DNA of 64,000 bases, from NCBI GenBank assembly GCA_024346625.1, contig AP024664.1:930001-994000 (forward strand). Reading direction: 5' to 3'. The notes below the pieces were generated by a model, which saw nothing but the letters and a program-made list of their open reading frames with translations, made no database searches and was not told the origin of the DNA. Made by a program: the position numbers and the translations under genes. The stretch is from Williopsis jadinii (lineage: Eukaryota). Shown here piece after piece: positions 22,385-34,583 of this stretch; position 1 is the stretch's first letter; every line of letters starts with the position of its first letter.

Positions 22385-23755
22385 TATGATTGCGACAAGC
22401 TGGATGGGATCGCCTACTCTTTTATAACACTTGTCTTGGTACTAGATGGGCTTGTTGATAAAGAAACCACCTGTATGATGATCACAACTCCACTTCCACG
22501 TCGATAAAGTGCATAAATTGACCCGTAAGGCTGAGGCAAGATAAAGGCGATTAAACATGTTAAGCAGCAAGAGAAGGAAAATGCAAAAAATTGTTAGGGT
22601 GACGCCGACTCACCGCAATTCCACGATAAGCCGGGGTTATTTTAGCGAAAAGGCTTTCCTTTTCACCACGGCAATCCATAAAAGTCCGTAGTATGTGGGC
22701 CTGGTTGTTGATGTGCACTGGGAAGCACTATCCATTTTGAGCGAAAGAGTGGTTCAGCAGCAGGCCAGCGGCGTGTGGTGGCGAGTTTCAAGGAAGCATC
22801 TGGGGTTTTGCATGGGTAGCTGTATCAATTAATGATCTGTAGGTTCTGTATGTACCTACGTACGTATGTATGTGTGTGCGGTGTGCATTTTGCCCATTTA
22901 CATGGCCCATTACAGTGTATCTATTGTCAGGGATGTTTGATTTCCTTGGCTTTTGGAAGCTTCGTCTTATCAGCACTACCACGTACTCGGTCTCTTGGTG
23001 TCATTGATCCATTTCTCTTTTGGTTTAGATGGGCATTTTACTGGTGTAAGACCACTGGCCTGTGAGCTAGAGTTTCCTAGCACGCCCTGGAGAACGTAGA
23101 TTATGGGAGGTGGATGGACCATTTGATTGTAGTCACGACGGTGTTGACGCTCAGTTCAAGGCTTTATCTAATCTTCGAAAGATAGCCGACTGATCTCTGA
23201 CTATTTTAGACGTTTGGATACCAGCTCGTACTGCATATCAACGATGAAAGTGGTCAAAATCAATCATACCACTTGCCTCTACACATCTACATCTACATAG
23301 GAATGTTCATGTTTAATCGGCTAAAATCTCTCCTTTTGTTGATGCCTTACCAAGTGACTATCGGCTGCCGACACTCTCAGCCGTTATCTTGACTATAGAT
23401 TCCCGAACTCTTGAGACACGCAAGCACCATGTAGAGTACTTCGTTCATGTGAGTTAAATCAAAATTGCAATACTGACTCTCATGAATACGTGTTTTTTGT
23501 CTCCATGGAATATCAGAAGATCGACTCCTATCTCATAGCGGTCGCCTATCTAAAGAAATGTACAATAATTAATTGGGTCGTTCTCGTCGCTTGCGCCTAA
23601 AACTAGCTGACAGGATTTTGCATGCACTTACTCTTCAATTACTGACAGTTGTAGCGTTGAATGTGCCTTTAACTACTTACTACTCTCTTCTAGCTCCATA
23701 TTGAGATATATGATACCCACATCTTCTTCTCCTAAATCAGCATGTCATTTAATCG

Positions 23756-25626
23756 TTATAGAAATACCGTAGACAAAAGTTGAGGATCCAGCAACACATC
23801 GAGTCCCGTTAATGGACTATTCAGACTGGTTCTAGTTCCCAAGCCCCAACTGAGGTGCAATAGGTCGATTATTGAACTGATACACCGTCCGTGAATCAAC
23901 TCTGCGGCATTGAACAAGACATTCATTATACACTCCCTTTGGTTCAGATCGATCGTACTCAGTCCAGTGATGAACATGGGCCAAGTTGAGATGACCCATA
24001 TCGGCGAGTGTGCCGGTATATGCAACAAGCATGAAAGAACATGGTCAACATCCTTTTGAACTTCAGGGTCATACTCGGATAGAGCAGGGTCGAGAACTTT
24101 ACGAAGCACAATCTTCGCAGTTCTAATAACAATGTCGGCAATATTAACAGAGTCATTCAAGTTGGCGTATTTTTGTTCATCAAAACGGATTTCTGGCGGA
24201 ATAACCGGTAGTTTGTGAACTTTGGTAACCTCCAACAGTCTCATCGCACAAGCTACCGACCAAGGTGTACGTTCAGTTCTCAATAAGTACGAGGCCTTGG
24301 CAGCAAGCTCAAATGCATCAAAAGCTGCTCCCAGGACTGGGTTATTCATCCAAACCACATCACAGCTGAATAGCGGTGTCTTGACGTATGATTTCAACGT
24401 GTCAAATACCTCAAACACGTTAGGCAAACCCATGATATCATCAGTTGTGAGAATCGTGACTGAAAAATTGTAGATAAAGCTCTCTACAAACATTCTTTCA
24501 AATTGCTTTTCAAAAAGAGCACTTTTCCGAGCAGTTTCATAACCAATCAAAGTGTTTCTCACCTCCAGTTTGAGGCTATCCGACGTGATGTCCTGAAACA
24601 CACCGTCATTGGGTAATTTGGGACCTTGGAGCCTCTCCTGTTGCAACTTCCTCTGTCTTCTTTGTAATTTGGCCTTTATGAGTTTGTAAGAGTTCTTCAA
24701 GTTAGTAACACAGATCTTGTTGTCACAATTCCAAGTGATCTTAGCACCCAAACACAACATTTGGAAAGCAGCCCCCAGCCAAATCTCATCTTCTTTAACT
24801 ATCGGCTTGCTATCCACGTACTTCATCAAGACTGTCACTGCAGTCCTGTACTTCTTGAAGCTCAGTTCAGTAAGATCTGGATTAGACCAGCTGAGGAAGG
24901 CACAACCGCAGGCCTCAGCCACGTTCTCAATCACTTTATTACGAGATATCAGAGGTGTGAAAGTCGCACTTGTTGTTAACAGTGGGTGGGTATATTGAGG
25001 TCCCAACGACTTGATGAATCCGTTCACACAGACATCTATAAAGAGTTGCCTCTGTGATGGACGCAACGTCAGTGGCGGAGTCTGTATCACATTGTTTATT
25101 ATCTGATCAGGTCCATTTCTCGAAACCACCATACACGTCTCGGTGTCGAGTGATTCGTACTCTTCAGGTGACGGTGACTTCACCGTGGATAGCAACAGCG
25201 GCAAATCAGAGAGCGGTGTTTCCGACCATTGCGGCTCAGGCTCAGTGTGTTTTGAAGGCTTCGGGGCGTTGTATGGTATCACTTCGAAGGGCACCTTCCT
25301 CTCCTTACGGAGCTTTGGGTTCGCCGGCGGTATCTTATACTCCTTGGGTAGCTTCTCCTTGCCCTGCGGCCAGATACATTCGATACATCTCGCAGTGCAA
25401 GTAGAGCACGATGGTCTAACTTCGTCGCACTTCTTCTTCCGCTTACGGCCTACATTTTGGTTCGCCTTGTTAGTACAAACTCCACGATAAGAACTGAGCC
25501 ACTGCACTCACAGTTGAAGCATCCGTTTCTCGACCTCTTCACCGTTGTTCTTTTCGTCTTTGCTTTGAGGTCCGGCCTATCAAATTTCAAGAGAGTTTGG
25601 TACGTCTTGTCAGGAGCAGACGTCAT
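23756..25626 (-). CDS. Zn(II)2Cys6 transcription factor with fungal-specific C-terminal domain (copy A); exons 25512-25626, 23756-25449 (602 aa)
   Basis: A 62-nt intron GTGAGT..TACTAAC..TAG restores RSRNGCFNC|RKRKKKCDEVRPSCSTCTARCIEC; FVESFIYN, WMNNPVLG, WPMFITG. Confidence 0.92.
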
Positions 25627-27510
25627 CTCTCCCTCTTCTCTCAGTGTGCTTCTCCCTCCTTAGCTGTATTAATCTATTCGCCTTGTCGCAACCTTATCTG
25701 CGCATAAAAACACCACGGGTAATATCCCACTATCTGGTCTGCAAACAGTGTACAGGTGGATCAGTGGGCCCTGTGATTCGGCTTGGACAACGTGGTTTTG
25801 GCCAGTGTCAAAAAAGTAGCTGTTCGGGAGAACATTTTGTCTCTTGACCCTTTTTGGCGTGTGTTGTCGGTGTCCCACTGTTTTTTAGACGCGCAGGGTT
25901 GCATCAACGGTGTGTCTGGAAGAATTTTGTGATGCGTGGGTACCAAGTGCCATACTACGGATACCGTGGGTGTGTGCGTGGATGTGTGCGTGGTTGTGTG
26001 CTGACAAATACCCTGGGACGCCGTCACCTTTGGAGGCACCGCCATGGAAAGCTTGGCCGTCAAATTTCTTCTTCGCTGGCGATGGATCTCGTCGCATGAG
26101 CGTGGAACACAGCTTCTTCTACCACTGTACAGGGCTGGAAACGTGGATCGTGCCATCGGCATGTATATGGACTGTATGTTCACAGCTCGAAAGCGTAGGC
26201 CACTACGGGTGCGCTGGGAGTGCGCCGGGAGTGCACCAGCAGTTAATCCGGCCACCGGTTACTCGGGCAGTGCGCTGTAGCTCGGTGATGGTCGGTAGAA
26301 CCAGGACTTAGCGTCGAGGAACAACAGTATGGGCAGTTCAGGGGGCGATAAGCTGATAAGAAAAAGGCCCTGGTCCCAGCACCTTGTGAGTGATGAGAGT
26401 TGACAATATACGCGGATTACTGCTCGGCTTCCGGTTGCGCAAGGTGTGCGATTCCTGATACCGTACGGGGCTACTTATGGTGAATGTTCGGATGTATGGT
26501 GTCAATCAGCGTGTAGACAGATGGCGCCTGTTTCACTTGCGGGATGGGATGGCGGACAGCAGGGGGAGGGCTAGTTGGTAGCGAAGTAGTGGTCCCAGTG
26601 GTCCCAGTGGCTCTAGGAGACCTTGGATTCTGAAAGACACAACCGAGTGCCACCCGGTGGGTGCGACGGACCAGGATCCCAATCACCAGATAAGCCAATC
26701 CCTCCCCCGTTGCAGCCTTGATACGTTGTAGGTCCTTATTTCGCGCCTATATGCTCAAGTGTTAAACACCCAAACCACTTGTTAGTCTCGAAGGCCAGCT
26801 CACTACCCCGGCCTATCATCTAATCAGCTCTATAAACGAAAAAAACCAGTGTACCCATCGCTTATGTAAAGAATCAGGCTGTGATCTTGTTGATGTGCGC
26901 GCCTTTGCGTCCAGCATACCTCTCTGAATCGGGAAGTTCTAACAAGCATGGCTGTGGTAATCAAATGATGCACTAGAGGACTCGGAGTTGAACAGCGATA
27001 TCAACAGGTGCTCAGTGGCAGCTACAGCATTACAATCGGCACTGAGCCGTGGATCTCTCCATCTACAAGTCCACATATCACATGGATGTTTTTTCGTGAT
27101 GGCTGTTACTTCTTTCCTTGATAATTTCCGGCCAGTGATGTCATATTCAGCTGCAAAACCATGGAGATTGATACTGCAGCTCAAAGCTTAAGCGCATTAC
27201 CCGATACAGAAAATGATAGCTCAGCGCTACATACAGGCCCAACACCAATGGGTTGATAAGAACGTAGCCAGTTCGGCTAGGGAAACCTCACCGATATGAG
27301 AATACCAAACCAACGGTATAGTTCCTAATCTTTCTCAAGTATGCGACAACGTTTGGCTTGAGGCGCTCCAGATCAAGTACCTTCTATGAGCGCGCGTAAG
27401 GCGTAAATAAACACTTGTAAGAGGTGTATAAATACAAACAAAATCCCCTAACGGACTCAGTACCCCAGCTTTTGATGATATTGGAGCATCACTATCCCAT
27501 CCTCGCTCAA

Positions 27511-29226
27511 ATGACAACCGCTAAAGTTCAATTCGATCACAAAACTGAGAAACTGGTCTCGAAAGAGCCTACCGCCTATAAAGGAGATCAAGAACGCTAC
27601 GAGAGGGATTGGGTCCCGTTGATCGACGCCTACATTAAGGCACGTGATGATGCTATTCCGAAAGAATACCTCGTGCCAGAGGAGCTCTTACCAGAAGGTG
27701 ATCTCGACACCGCTGACTTCAATGCCACGGAGGTTCCTGCAAAGATCCTTGATCCAAAGTCTTTGGCGATTACTGAGCTCACTGCTGTTGATCTCGCACA
27801 GAAGATCAAGGAAAAGGAGCTCAGTGCTGTTCAAGTTCTTACAGCATTCATCAAGAGAGCAACAATTGCACATCAGTTAACCAATTGCGCCATGGATATC
27901 TTCTTTGAAGATGGTCTGAAAAGAGCTCAGGAACTTGATTCGTACTACGAGACAACAGGTCAATTGGTTGGTCCATTGCACGGCATTCCATTATCATTAA
28001 AGGAGCACTACAATTATAAGGGCCGTGTCACACACGCGGGTTATGTCTCTTTACTTGGAAACGTGTCTCCAGAGTTCTCTCTAACGAACCAAATCCTTTA
28101 CGATCTCGGTGCAGTGTTTTATATTAGAACTTCAGAGCCGCAATGCTTGATGCATCTGGACTCGATCAACAATATCACTGGCCGCGCAAGAAATGCCTAC
28201 AAGATATCAATGTCTCCTGGAGGATCATCCTCTGGCGAAGGAGCATTGATTGGGATGAAGGGTTCACCATTGGGTGTTGGCTCAGATATTGGTGGTTCAA
28301 TCCGCTCTCCATCTGCGTTCAATGGTATTTGGGGCTTGAAGCCTTCTAACAAAATCATTTCCCTTGATGGTGTGATTGCAGCACCAGAGGACACCTACAA
28401 TGAAATTATTGGTGGCTCTCTAGGTCCAATGGCCAACTCTCCTGAAGACCTGGAGTTATTCATGTCTGCTTATGCTTCCAAGAAGCCTTGGACAAAGGAT
28501 GTTGCATGTCTTCCACTTGAATGGAGAGAGCTAGAGACCCCAAAGCCTTCGGAGTTGACCATTGGTATTTGCTACGATGATGGTGTCGTGAAGCCACATC
28601 CACCCGTGCTTCGTGCCTTGAAGGAGGTTGAACAGAAGTTAAGAGCTGCAGGTGTCAACATTGTCACTTGGGAACCACACAGAGTCTATGAAGCTGTCGA
28701 AATTGCTTACACTGCATACACTGCTGATGGTAACTATGCAGCAGTTAATAGATTGGCGGTCTCTGGAGAGCCACTTGCTCCTTTAACAGACTACTTCTTA
28801 CGTATGGGTAAGGGTGATAGAGGTCTCACCGCTGTTGAACAACAATTCTACACCAATTCTAGAGAAGTTCTTCGTCAAGAGTACCTGGAATTATTCAACA
28901 AAAGAGGTGTTGATTTCGTGCTTGCCCCAACTTACGTTGGTGTAGCACCAAAGCCATCTACTGTTAAATACTGGGGCTACACTGCCTTGTGGAACTTGTT
29001 GGATTACACATGTGTTACCTTTCCTTCCGGTGTCTTTGCCTCAAAAGAGTTGGATATCCCTGAAGAGATACAGCCAAGAAATGAATATGAAGCTTATGAG
29101 TATGGGTTGTATGATGCTGATAAAGCTGATGGGTTGCCAGTCGGTTTGACATTGGCTGGTAGACGTTACACTGAAGAGGATGCATTGAAAGCGGGTATCG
29201 TCGTTCGTGACGCCTTGAAGGCGTAG
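27511..29226 (+). CDS. Amidase-signature family amidase, Amd2/AmdS-like (copy A, 571 aa)
   Basis: GPLHGIPLSLKE (catalytic Lys), GGSSSGEGAL, GSDIGGSIRSP (Ser-cisSer-Lys triad intact); ATG 27511 aligns with start of copy B; TATAAATA at 27427. Confidence 0.95.
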   Translation: MTTAKVQFDHKTEKLVSKEPTAYKGDQERYERDWVPLIDAYIKARDDAIPKEYLVPEELLPEGDLDTADFNATEVPAKILDPKSLAITELTAVDLAQKIKEKELSAVQVLTAFIKRATIAHQLTNCAMDIFFEDGLKRAQELDSYYETTGQLVGPLHGIPLSLKEHYNYKGRVTHAGYVSLLGNVSPEFSLTNQILYDLGAVFYIRTSEPQCLMHLDSINNITGRARNAYKISMSPGGSSSGEGALIGMKGSPLGVGSDIGGSIRSPSAFNGIWGLKPSNKIISLDGVIAAPEDTYNEIIGGSLGPMANSPEDLELFMSAYASKKPWTKDVACLPLEWRELETPKPSELTIGICYDDGVVKPHPPVLRALKEVEQKLRAAGVNIVTWEPHRVYEAVEIAYTAYTADGNYAAVNRLAVSGEPLAPLTDYFLRMGKGDRGLTAVEQQFYTNSREVLRQEYLELFNKRGVDFVLAPTYVGVAPKPSTVKYWGYTALWNLLDYTCVTFPSGVFASKELDIPEEIQPRNEYEAYEYGLYDADKADGLPVGLTLAGRRYTEEDALKAGIVVRDALKA

Positions 29227-30021
29227 ATGGTTTATTCTTCATTTCATCTCAATAGAACTCAATATGTTACTTATTTCACGTACGCCAACTTGTAACATAA
29301 CATGGTTTAGATTACATAGAGACTGCATCTTCAGGTGTGGTGTACTGATGTTACTTGATGCACGATTTTTAGAATCTCAATCCAGAGCTTATGGAGCTCT
29401 TTAAAAACGTCTGATATCTGCCCATAAATTATGCTAATTAGACGGTTTTAGCTGAAGGTTATTAACATTATAAATACTCAGTAGTTCATTGATAAATAAT
29501 TAAGTGAGTTAGATCATATTATACTAGAAAGTAATAAATCGATTATTTGGTCAACAAAAAAATATCATCTTTATTTTATATCACAAAATTTAAATTATGA
29601 ACTTTTCAGAATAATTGGCAAACATTCTTCTCTCTCTACATCAAATATGCTCGTAAGTGGTACCACTAAATAGCTAAGATTATAAACAAAGTATTTATTA
29701 CATTTCTAGCTTATCAAATTAAATAGCTCTATCATTTGAACTATATCGGTGTCTGTATAGTATTGTACGAATATTCTTAACACCTGGACACCTGGACACC
29801 AAGCCCCACAGCTCTCTCAGCTGGTAAGTCTGGCTAAGTGCCAGGGTCAACAGGCGAGAGCATTTAAAATCATGGGCACGAGTTAGTTTTACATTATAGA
29901 TCCATTATAACAATAAACATATATATAAAAACCAATACATATGTCTATATAATATAAACTGTACTTTAATCTTAAAGAAGCGAATGGCACCGGGCCTAAA
30001 TTTCCGATAAAAGTACAACGC

Positions 30022-31713
30022 TTAACTCTCAAGGACCCTTCTGTTCTCCTCGACAAACTTCCAGTAGAGGTGCTTGGTCTTATTTCTCCAGTATGGACCA
30101 GTGTATCTCATAATGAGGAAAGTCCCGTTACAGAACAACAAGATGCAAGCAGAGGAGATGAATGCGTTCTTCAACCCCATGTTTGTGACCCAGTGTGTCA
30201 AACCGTAAGAACAGGCAAAGGACATCAGGTTTCTAATAACAATGACAACCACCATACCTTCTGTATCAAGCTCGTGGTAGGAATCAGAGCAGTATGTGAC
30301 ACCGGCAGTAACTCCAAATATCCCACATCCACCGAGCACACCCATGGAGATCACAAGAAGCATCCAGTGCTTCTCGTAGTACGCACCCACACCCCAACCA
30401 ATTGAAGCCAGGAACCCTAGAACCATGTATATGATCAGAGTCCAAAGTCTATCTTCAGGTAAAGAAAGTCCTTGTGGTCTTCTCTTTGCGAAAAACACCT
30501 TCAGCCAATCAGACAAAGTACCAGCAAGGAAGAAGAAAATAAAGGAAAAGATTGTTGGGGAAATGTAAGACAAACCAACCATAGAGGCCGAAAAGTTGTA
30601 AGGATGAGCAGAAAGAATCATGCTGGCAGTAGCATTCAACAGGTTAAACCAAACCAAAGAGGAACCATAAACAAACCCGGCCCAGAGGACAGATGGGAAA
30701 CAAACCATTTTGAATGGTCCAAGAAGGTAATGAGGTAAGAGGAACTTGTCCTTGACACCATCCTTGAACGACATTTTTTGTATCCATGTCTTTGTGGATG
30801 CTGCTGGGTACTCAATCTCTTCAGAGCTATCGTTGAAGTCCTCGTTGATGTTTCCCAATCTTTCTTCAATGGTTTTGTTGGAGAGTATCGGTTGCATTTT
30901 TTCATTATCTAGGGAGTTATTTGCATCTTCAGATTCGGCAACCAATTCAACAGACGTGATTGCTTCAAGGATTTTTGTTGGATTGACCTTTCTGTTATAG
31001 TTAGTCTCCTCCATGAAGATAAACAAGAAGACGAAAGCAACAGCTCCCCAGATTGCGCAGAAGTACATAACCCATTTCCACTCCATACCGTTTGTAATGA
31101 AACCAGCAACGATCGGAGCAACATAGTTAGAAGTCAACAAAGCAACAGCATATATCCCCATACCTCTGGCTCTCTCGTGTTCAAAGAAAACGTCAGAGAT
31201 GGAGATTTCACACAGGGACTCGATTGGAGCACCAACAAATCCCTGGAGAATCTTAGAACCAATCCACTCGGCATTCGTCTTACAATATGGAGACCAAATA
31301 CACACCAATGCGGTGGCGAGAACACTGAACAGGTACACAGGTCTCTTACCATACTGCAAGGCCAGGGGCTGGAAGATCATACAACCCAGGCCAAAGAACA
31401 AGAACATGTAACCGGTACCCGAGTTCAAGTTCCCAAGCGAGATCCCAGTCTCTTCAGAGATGTTGGTCAGCACAGAGTAGATAGCAGCGGAGGGAATACC
31501 AACACCATAAGTGTAAACAACCATACAGAACACCGACATCCACTTACGGCGCGGAGTCCAGTTCAGCGGGTCATCCGGGTCGTCAGATGGCGTGGGAATC
31601 AGCACAATCTTCTTGTTCCCTGACGAGTGACGGGCAGCCATGCTGCCGTCGAGGTCCACAAGGTTCGTGTTACCCGGTATAGATTCGTAGTTGATAGCGT
31701 GGTGTCCACCCAT
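30022..31713 (-). CDS. MFS transporter, HOL1 family (copy B)
   Basis: Highly similar to copy A over full length; first ATG at 31713 (ORF track start at 31731 is TTG). Confidence 0.92.
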   Translation of the reverse strand: MGGHHAINYESIPGNTNLVDLDGSMAARHSSGNKKIVLIPTPSDDPDDPLNWTPRRKWMSVFCMVVYTYGVGIPSAAIYSVLTNISEETGISLGNLNSGTGYMFLFFGLGCMIFQPLALQYGKRPVYLFSVLATALVCIWSPYCKTNAEWIGSKILQGFVGAPIESLCEISISDVFFEHERARGMGIYAVALLTSNYVAPIVAGFITNGMEWKWVMYFCAIWGAVAFVFLFIFMEETNYNRKVNPTKILEAITSVELVAESEDANNSLDNEKMQPILSNKTIEERLGNINEDFNDSSEEIEYPAASTKTWIQKMSFKDGVKDKFLLPHYLLGPFKMVCFPSVLWAGFVYGSSLVWFNLLNATASMILSAHPYNFSASMVGLSYISPTIFSFIFFFLAGTLSDWLKVFFAKRRPQGLSLPEDRLWTLIIYMVLGFLASIGWGVGAYYEKHWMLLVISMGVLGGCGIFGVTAGVTYCSDSYHELDTEGMVVVIVIRNLMSFACSYGLTHWVTNMGLKNAFISSACILLFCNGTFLIMRYTGPYWRNKTKHLYWKFVEENRRVLES

Positions 31714-32050
31714 TTCGCCGCTTGTATTCAATAGTAAGTGTCTTGAAGGATGAGCAGCTGTCTGATACTACCAACCCGCTCTTGTGACTTTGGAAAACAG
31801 GAGTGCCTGTGTGCTTTTATACGCACTCCCGCACTGATAGAGATGAATCCAATAGTAGATGTGTTCTTGATTTAGCGCAGGTCTGATACCGCTACATCGT
31901 ACGTAAGATAAACAATCAAAGGCGGGAAAAACTCCCCCAGTTGTGCACCACGATAAGTACAAGCTGCATATAACATTTTCTGTTCGCTGTGCCAAATACC
32001 GGTGGTGGCCACTCAGGCTTTGGCCTTCGCTCGTGGGGGCAAGAGGCAGT

Positions 32051-32079
32051 ATCACGATCACGATCACGATCACGATCAC
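32051..32079. repeat. (ATCACG)n hexamer microsatellite, ~4.8 units
   Basis: atcacgatcacgatcacgatcacgatcac upstream of transporter copy B. Confidence 0.9.
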
Positions 32080-32703
32080 CAGCACCTGATCTGGTCGCCC
32101 AAGGTTAGTCCATCACTATATCGGATGGGCCTGGAGGAGCCTGGAGGTGGTGGTGCACAGAGATAAGTGCGACTCTTCACTTTAGAGATGTGATCTGTGT
32201 GCTCTGTACCACATGTACAATGACATGCGTATGAGCAGGTGTGGCCGAGAATAGGCCTCAAATTGTTAGGTAGAGCCCTGTCGTTAGGATTCCGTCGCCT
32301 ACACCATATCATTTCCCTTTTCGTCACCCGCTCTCCAGAGGAGGCACACGGGTCAAGAGTCGTGTCCAAGTGGACTGGAGATTGTTGGAGACAGGATCGT
32401 TGATAGGCAGGGCCAGGTAATTCGGAGTGTGTCGATAAAGAACCTGCACTCAGTTAGAGATCGGCATTGATTCTTATCTGGATGCCGCCAGGCTTGTTGA
32501 GAGTCTAGCACCCCTTATCTTGAGTGACGATATAGGGATCAAGAGTGGCAATGGCGCGTATGTCTGCGAAGCGCTGGAACGGTGGGTTGGCTATCGAATG
32601 TAGTAGTACACACACGGTGAGCAGTGGAGATTGATGCCATGTAATACATTATCTACAGCTTGTTCAAAAATAGGGATTCCGAATGCCATAAAGCAAAACC
32701 AAG

Positions 32704-34583
32704 TTATATGAAGACAGCGCATAGCAGTGATCTGTCCAGGAGAACATCAAGTCCTCTGGTGTCACTCTGCAAGCCATGGCTACTTGTCAATCCCCAACTA
32801 ACGTTTAGAACGTCAATTACGGAATCAAGAGCCCTTGCGTGGGACATCTCTTCAACGTTTAGGAGCATGCTCACCACGAACTTCCTTTGGTTGTCATTGA
32901 TCAAGCTCAAGCCAACTATGAACAGTGACCAAGTCAGAATTAGCGAAATCCGTGAACTTAGAGGGATTTGGAACAAACGAGGCATTATATAGTCAATGTC
33001 TCTTTGAACGTCTGGATCGTATTCGGACAGTGTAGGATCGACAACCTTACGAAGTACGATGCTCGAAGCTCTAATGACAATCTCAGCAACTTTAACAGAT
33101 TCCTTGAGATTGGCGTATTTTCTCTCGTTGACACGGATCTCTGGGGGGATAATCGGGGTTGGATAGAATTTAGCAATGTCCAAGAGCTTCTTTGCACAGT
33201 CCATCGACCACTGTGAACGTGCAGTCCTGATCAAATAAGAAGCTTTGGCAGCAACCTCAAATGCGTCAGATGCAGCCCCAAGGACCGGGTTATTCATCCA
33301 AACCACATCGCAGCTGAATAAAGGTGTCTTCAGATACGCCTTCAAGATCTTGAAAACTTCGAATGGGTTCGGGTAGTTCTCAATATCATGCGTGGTTAAA
33401 ATGCTAACAGAGTAGTTGTAAAGGAAGCTCTCGATAAACATTCGTTCAAACTGTTTGCCGAAAAGAGCATTTCTTCTGCTGTTTTCATAGCCAATCAGCG
33501 TGTTCTTGATTTCCAATTTCAGGCTATTGGAGGAAACATCCTCGAAAAAGCCGTCGTTTGGTAACTTGGGTCCTTCGAGCCTTTCCACTTCAAGACTCTT
33601 CTGTCTTCTGCTAACCTTAGCCTTGATCAGTTTGTAAGAGTTCTTCAAGTTAGTTGCACCAACTTTGTTATCGCAATGCGATGTAACCTTAGCACCTAAA
33701 CACAGCAGTTGGAAAGCAGCGCCTAGCCAAATTTCATCATGTTCGGCTATCGGCCTACTATCAACATATTCCATTATGCCAAGGATGGCAGCCTGGTACT
33801 TCTTGACACTCAGATCTATGAGATTGGGTGACGACCAGCTCAGAAAGGCACAACCACAGGCTTCTCCAACCTTTTCGATAACCCTGTTTCTTCTAAGAAG
33901 CGGCGTGAAAGTTGCGTTTGTTGTCAAGAGCGGATGTGTATATTGGGGTCCTACCGACGTGATAAACCCATTTACACATGCATCCATGAACAGTTGGTTC
34001 TCTGTTGGACGCAACATCTGTAATGGTAATATCCTTAACAGATCAACATCCATAGGCTCAATCATATTGGAGCTGTTAGTTCTTGTAGATACCACCATAC
34101 ATGTCTCGTTGTCCAGCGATTCGTACTCTTCTGGTGACAGCGGCTCCACCGCGGGTGACAAATGTGGAAAGTCGGATAGATTTGAGCATGGTGGAGATAG
34201 TTCAAGCTTCACTTCTTTACCAACGGGGTCGGCGTTGCTTGTAGCGATTTTCTTCCTCTTGTGAAGTGCAGTAACAGGAGATGGTATTTGGTACGCTTTA
34301 GGAAGTCTCTCCTTGCCTTCGGGCCATACACACTCAACCCCCCTTGATAGACAGGAGGAGCATGACGGTTTACACTCATCACATTTTTTCTTCCTCTTGC
34401 GGCCTGGACAAGACGTCTATCGTTAGTACTCCACTGAGCGCAAGTTGATGTTAAAGCACACTCACAGCTGAGACACCCCATTCTGGACCGCTTGACCTTT
34501 GCTCTGGTCAGTTTGGCTTTTGATCGTGGGTTTTCAAACTTGATAACCATCTGGAACGGTAGTTTCCCTGGTATTGTAGTCAT
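32704..34583 (-). CDS. Zn(II)2Cys6 transcription factor (copy B); exons 34466-34583, 32704-34403 (605 aa)
   Basis: A 62-nt intron GTGAGT..TACTAAC..CAG restores RSRMGCLSC|RKRKKKCDECKPSCSSCLSRGVEC; collinear paralogue of copy A. Confidence 0.92.

Noticed and set aside
22385..22500. Polyamine-sensing uORF (MLLLPS*-type) known from S. cerevisiae HOL1
   Set aside because: No ATG between TATA and start in either transporter copy, so the genes are called HOL1-family rather than HOL1 orthologues
25644..27191. Many overlapping 65-165 aa ORFs in the TF-amidase intergenic region
   Set aside because: GC-rich promoter DNA, no motifs, no counterpart in unit B
27424..27510. 29-aa N-terminal extension of amidase A in the ORF track
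   Set aside because: Starts at GTG overlapping the TATA box and is absent in copy B
29400..29760. Point centromere
   Set aside because: AT-rich but no CDEI (RTCACRTG) or CDEIII (CCGAA) flanks
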